The notes under the pieces: model-generated
The model's input: the letters and a program-made list of their open reading frames with translations, nothing else
The model's database searches: none
Told to the model about the DNA's origin: nothing
Source: Eukaryota sp. TZLM1-RC
Taxonomy: Eukaryota > Protista > Metamonada: BaSk clade
DNA: 64,000 nt
Direction: 5' to 3'
Assembly (NCBI GenBank): GCA_040285825.1
Contig: JAUPSS010000001.1
Coordinates: 372,001 to 436,000 of the forward strand
Shown: in pieces, positions 60,323 through 64,000 of the stretch
Layout of the letters: each line of letters opens with the position of its first letter
How positions within the stretch are numbered: position 1 is the stretch's first letter
Made by a program: the position numbers and the translations under genes

Positions 60323-63300
60323 TGTTGTGTCAGAACAAATTGTTAGTCTTGAATAGTATTTATAGTTATTTAGTTAGTGAATTAGTATTCCGCCTATTAG
60401 TTTAAGAAGAGAGAATGCAATTCCTCTTCGTAATAAATTTCATTACTTCTCTACTGTATGTCTAACATTAACGAGCAAAGACCATCAATACGTATTGGGT
60501 CGTCAACGGCTCAACGCAGGATCCATGAGTAAGAGACTGGTCCCTCTTCCTCACCACTAACCACAGACCCTGCTCCCGTGCCCCCTTCTTCAGTAGAAGC
60601 TTCTGCGCTTCCTGAAGCCACTCTTCCTGAGGGTGCTATCCCAAAGGAAGACGGTTCTCTTCCTGAGGATGCCGCTCCAATGGAAGAGAAGCTCCCTTCC
60701 TCGGGATTCCGTTCCTGTGGAAGGAGACAACCCTTTTAAGGATTCTATTCCTTCAGAAGGAAGAAGCCCTTCGTTAGTCTCCTACGACTACGAAGATGCT
60801 GAGGATTCCGAAGCTCCTCCCTCTGCTTCTTCACTCAGGGTATCAGAAGTCCCATCTTCTCCCCACCCTCAAAGAAACTCTGAAGCTCCACCTTCACCTT
60901 CTGTTCAAAGAAGAGAGACGGTTCAACCTTCTCAAAATACCGCAGAAGGATCTGGAGTCCAAACTCCTCCCTCTCGTCAGGACACTGAAGTCCCAACTTC
61001 ATCTCCTAGACCTATGTCTGAGGATCCACCCTCCCATCAACCTCCTTCAGTTCTAACTGTAAGGAGAGTCAGTCAATGTCCTGCTGTTCCAACTTCAGGA
61101 TCTCCTCTAACTTCAACAGTAAGTGAAGTTAATAATCTGTTTGTTTCCCCTCTCCAGGCTAGTAATTCCATTCCTAGCACTTCGAACCTTCCTTCGTATC
61201 TTTCTGAAGAGCAAAGGAAAAGGTACGAACAAATCTTTTCAGATTTGGTAGAGTACGAGGAACCTTCCAAGGAATTCTCCCCTTTACCTCAACAACAGGT
61301 TCCTTCTACGGCACCTCCATCTGAAATTGACAGAATTTCTGGTGAGGTCTCTAATAAATATTTAGAGCGTTTTCTTCAAGAAGAACGAAACTGGGAACAC
61401 AGAAAAAGACTGGACAGAGAGATTGAAGCTAGAAAAAAAACATCCTTTACACCTGCTCAACCTACCCCTTCTCAAACTAGCTCTAACGCTAGCTTAAGTG
61501 TTCATCGTGGTGCTTCCCGTCAGCACAATCCTTATGCCCGATATAGGGATTCTCAAGTAATTCCAGAAGACCCCGAAGCCATCCCTCCCACGGAGATGAG
61601 CAATGGGCGTCCTCCTTTCTTCGGCCCTATAGTCGAAAATGACCTAGGATTATGGATCACTCCAAGGATTGGTACATATCTCTCCGACAAAAGAATTACT
61701 CCAGAGAACACGAAACACGATCCTGAACCCACTCACGACCCCAGACCCGGAGTTAGGTTCATGAGAACTACTCGAGAAGGAGTTTTCAGACGCTTCGCTG
61801 GAGATGAAGATAACCTTTTCATAAATGCCTACAACCCTTGCCCCTACCCTAGGTTCAGCCCTGGGTACAACGCTTCTCTCGATATCCTTATCGACAGAGA
61901 TTATAGAACAGGGTGGTGGTTTACCGAAACCACATATGGTGAAAAACTCTTTCTTTACGACAGACGTCCTGACCATATAGCTTCATATTGTGGTCCTGAC
62001 CACAAAAGATCAGGTAATCTTCAAGGAGTCCTCCAGCTCGTCAATGTTTTCCCTGGATGCATAGAATCCAGGATGTTAAAATGGGTCATGGTAGAAGGTC
62101 GTATAGAGAAAACACGCTTGGTTCAACCAGCGATCTCGGCTCACCAGGTTCCAGCCCAGATTGAAGAGACAGAACCTTCTCCTGAACCTCACCAAAATAA
62201 AGTTCCACCCTCGGCAGAACAACCCATGGAAACTTCTACAAAACCCTCAACACAACCCTCGCATAATCCTCCCACGGAACAAACTGAAGAAGACGTTGCA
62301 GTAGAAGTCAGTGATGAGTCCCCAACTCCAGACTCAATTCCAACTGTGCCAGCACCAATGGAACAAACTCCAGCACCTACACAGCCGATGGAACAATCAG
62401 TGGTTCCACCCACACCTCCTTCCACTGGTTCAACAAGTTCACAACATGCGGCTCAACCAACACCTTCCACGGTTAGTTCTTCACGTTCTACTTTTTCAGG
62501 TACTTACGATAGTAACCTTCTCCTATCTTGCATGGTGGGATCAAGAGATAAGGACAATAGACGCAGAGACCGCCCCAAATGTTTAACTCTCGACGCGACT
62601 GATTTAAGAGACGTTGATAAACTCCTCAAGTTTGTAAACAAGTTCATCCTCTGGAGTCGCACGGATAGAATTGTAGACGAGGCTCGAGGCAACATTGAGG
62701 ATCCTGCCCAAGTTGCTTTGGTCAGCGAAGTTGCTAGACTTCGCGAAGAACTTGAACTAGCTAGATCAGCAGAACTGGCATCTGATCAACGGTTCGACAG
62801 TGAACCAATTCATGAATGGGATCTCTTCAGGTCTGCCATGCGCATTAGTTCCAGAGGCTTAGCTGAATGCGTTACACCCGAAGCTCTCATTGCTTTAAGA
62901 TATCAAGGCATTGGCCTTTCAATTTCCTCTACCATGGTCCCAACCAGCAGAAATGAACGCAACATTTGGGAACAGATCCTAAGGAGAACCCGATTCAGCA
63001 GACTGGATCAAGCCCTCGACGCACTTCACGCTGTAAACATGGACTGGTCTGAGAGAGACTATGGTAACAGATGGATAGACTTCATGCTTAACATAGGCAG
63101 AGTCGTTCCACCGCTATCTAAGACGTTCGTGGTCTGACTCAACAAATGAGACACATCACCATCCACGGAAACCCCGTCGACCGATTTCCTGAATGGGAAA
63201 TTGCTTCTCACGTCATTGAAAGCATCGGTATTACCATCATCAAAAACAGACTCCTCAGGATCTGGTCCAATCTCTCCCATTACTACTCAGATGGCCACAC

Positions 63301-64000
63301 CCTAGGAGAATTTTTCAGCGTTTTTCAAAGAATACGAGAACTTTTGTAATGTTAGATCTTTTAAGAAGCAGATCAATCACGTGGACTTCTTGTATCAGAA
63401 CAGAATCTCATTTCAGACTGAGAGCCGTCGCAGACAGACAGTACCTTCTCCCCTGCTATTCCCAAACCAAGAGGTTCCAGCTCTGGCAGGAGTCCAAAAC
63501 AACAACGGCGAGAAGGAAGCTCTACTCAACCGTCTTCCACTCAATCTGAGTCCAACGTACAATGCAATTTCTGTAAACAAATGGGTCATCCGACTGAAAG
63601 GTGCCCTAGTGAGGACTGCCAAAGAAGCAAAAAGTGGAGAGGGCAACAAGCTCAACAACAAGCTCGAGGCAGAGGTTCTAGACGTTCTGGTTTCCGTAGT
63701 CGAAGAGGCACTAGCGGCAGAGGCAGAGGCTCTGCATCATATAATAAACGTTCCCGTCACTATTTACGCACTTTTGAAACCATACCCCCTTCAACCACAA
63801 CACATCCTCACACAGAAAACACAACATGGAAAGTTTCCCTAATCAATCCTTTGGCCTACTTGGAACATACCAAGACACACAACGTTCAAGCTAATTTCTT
63901 CTCAGAACAAGCTGAATATGATTCAGATACAATATTCATGGTACAATCCATAAAGTCCACAACCAACTGCCTACAATTAAACTTCTCGATCAACAATGTC
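60323..64000 (+). mobile_element. LTR retrotransposon 5' part: LTR 60323-60487 and a disrupted long Pro/Ser-rich gag-like ORF; pol presumably outside the window
   Basis: LTR TGTTG..CATCA resembling the TRIM LTR ends; ORF 60633..63137 C-terminus has the same architecture as the TRIM gag remnant; R/G-rich tail; frameshifts. Confidence 0.7.

Overview
AT-rich eukaryotic genomic DNA in the standard genetic code, most likely from an anaerobic protist (metamonad-like; this taxonomy is inference). About 20 host genes are present: ADP-forming acetyl-CoA synthetase, hybrid cluster protein, an NmrA-like protein, an HROB-like OB-fold protein, a membrane cyclic-nucleotide PDE, an ARM protein, NUF2, a Pho80/P-type cyclin, an SCP/Psr phosphatase, NOT3, BUD23, PIN1, two CBM48 proteins and an NHL protein. 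Several carry tiny 27-32 nt GT-AG introns with the branch motif fixed next to the acceptor. Intergenic space is dense with mobile DNA: many decayed CRE/SLACS-like non-LTR retrotransposons, two 831-bp TRIM-like LTR elements with 4-bp TSDs, the 5' part of a larger LTR retrotransposon, and MULE and hAT derivatives. The most notable signal is two decayed Fanzor (eukaryotic TnpB-like) elements that share an internal deletion. Each ends in a conserved 29-nt hairpin whose last three bases are the ATG of an unrelated long ORF. Second, both LTR families have a covarying palindrome where a tRNA primer-binding site should be.
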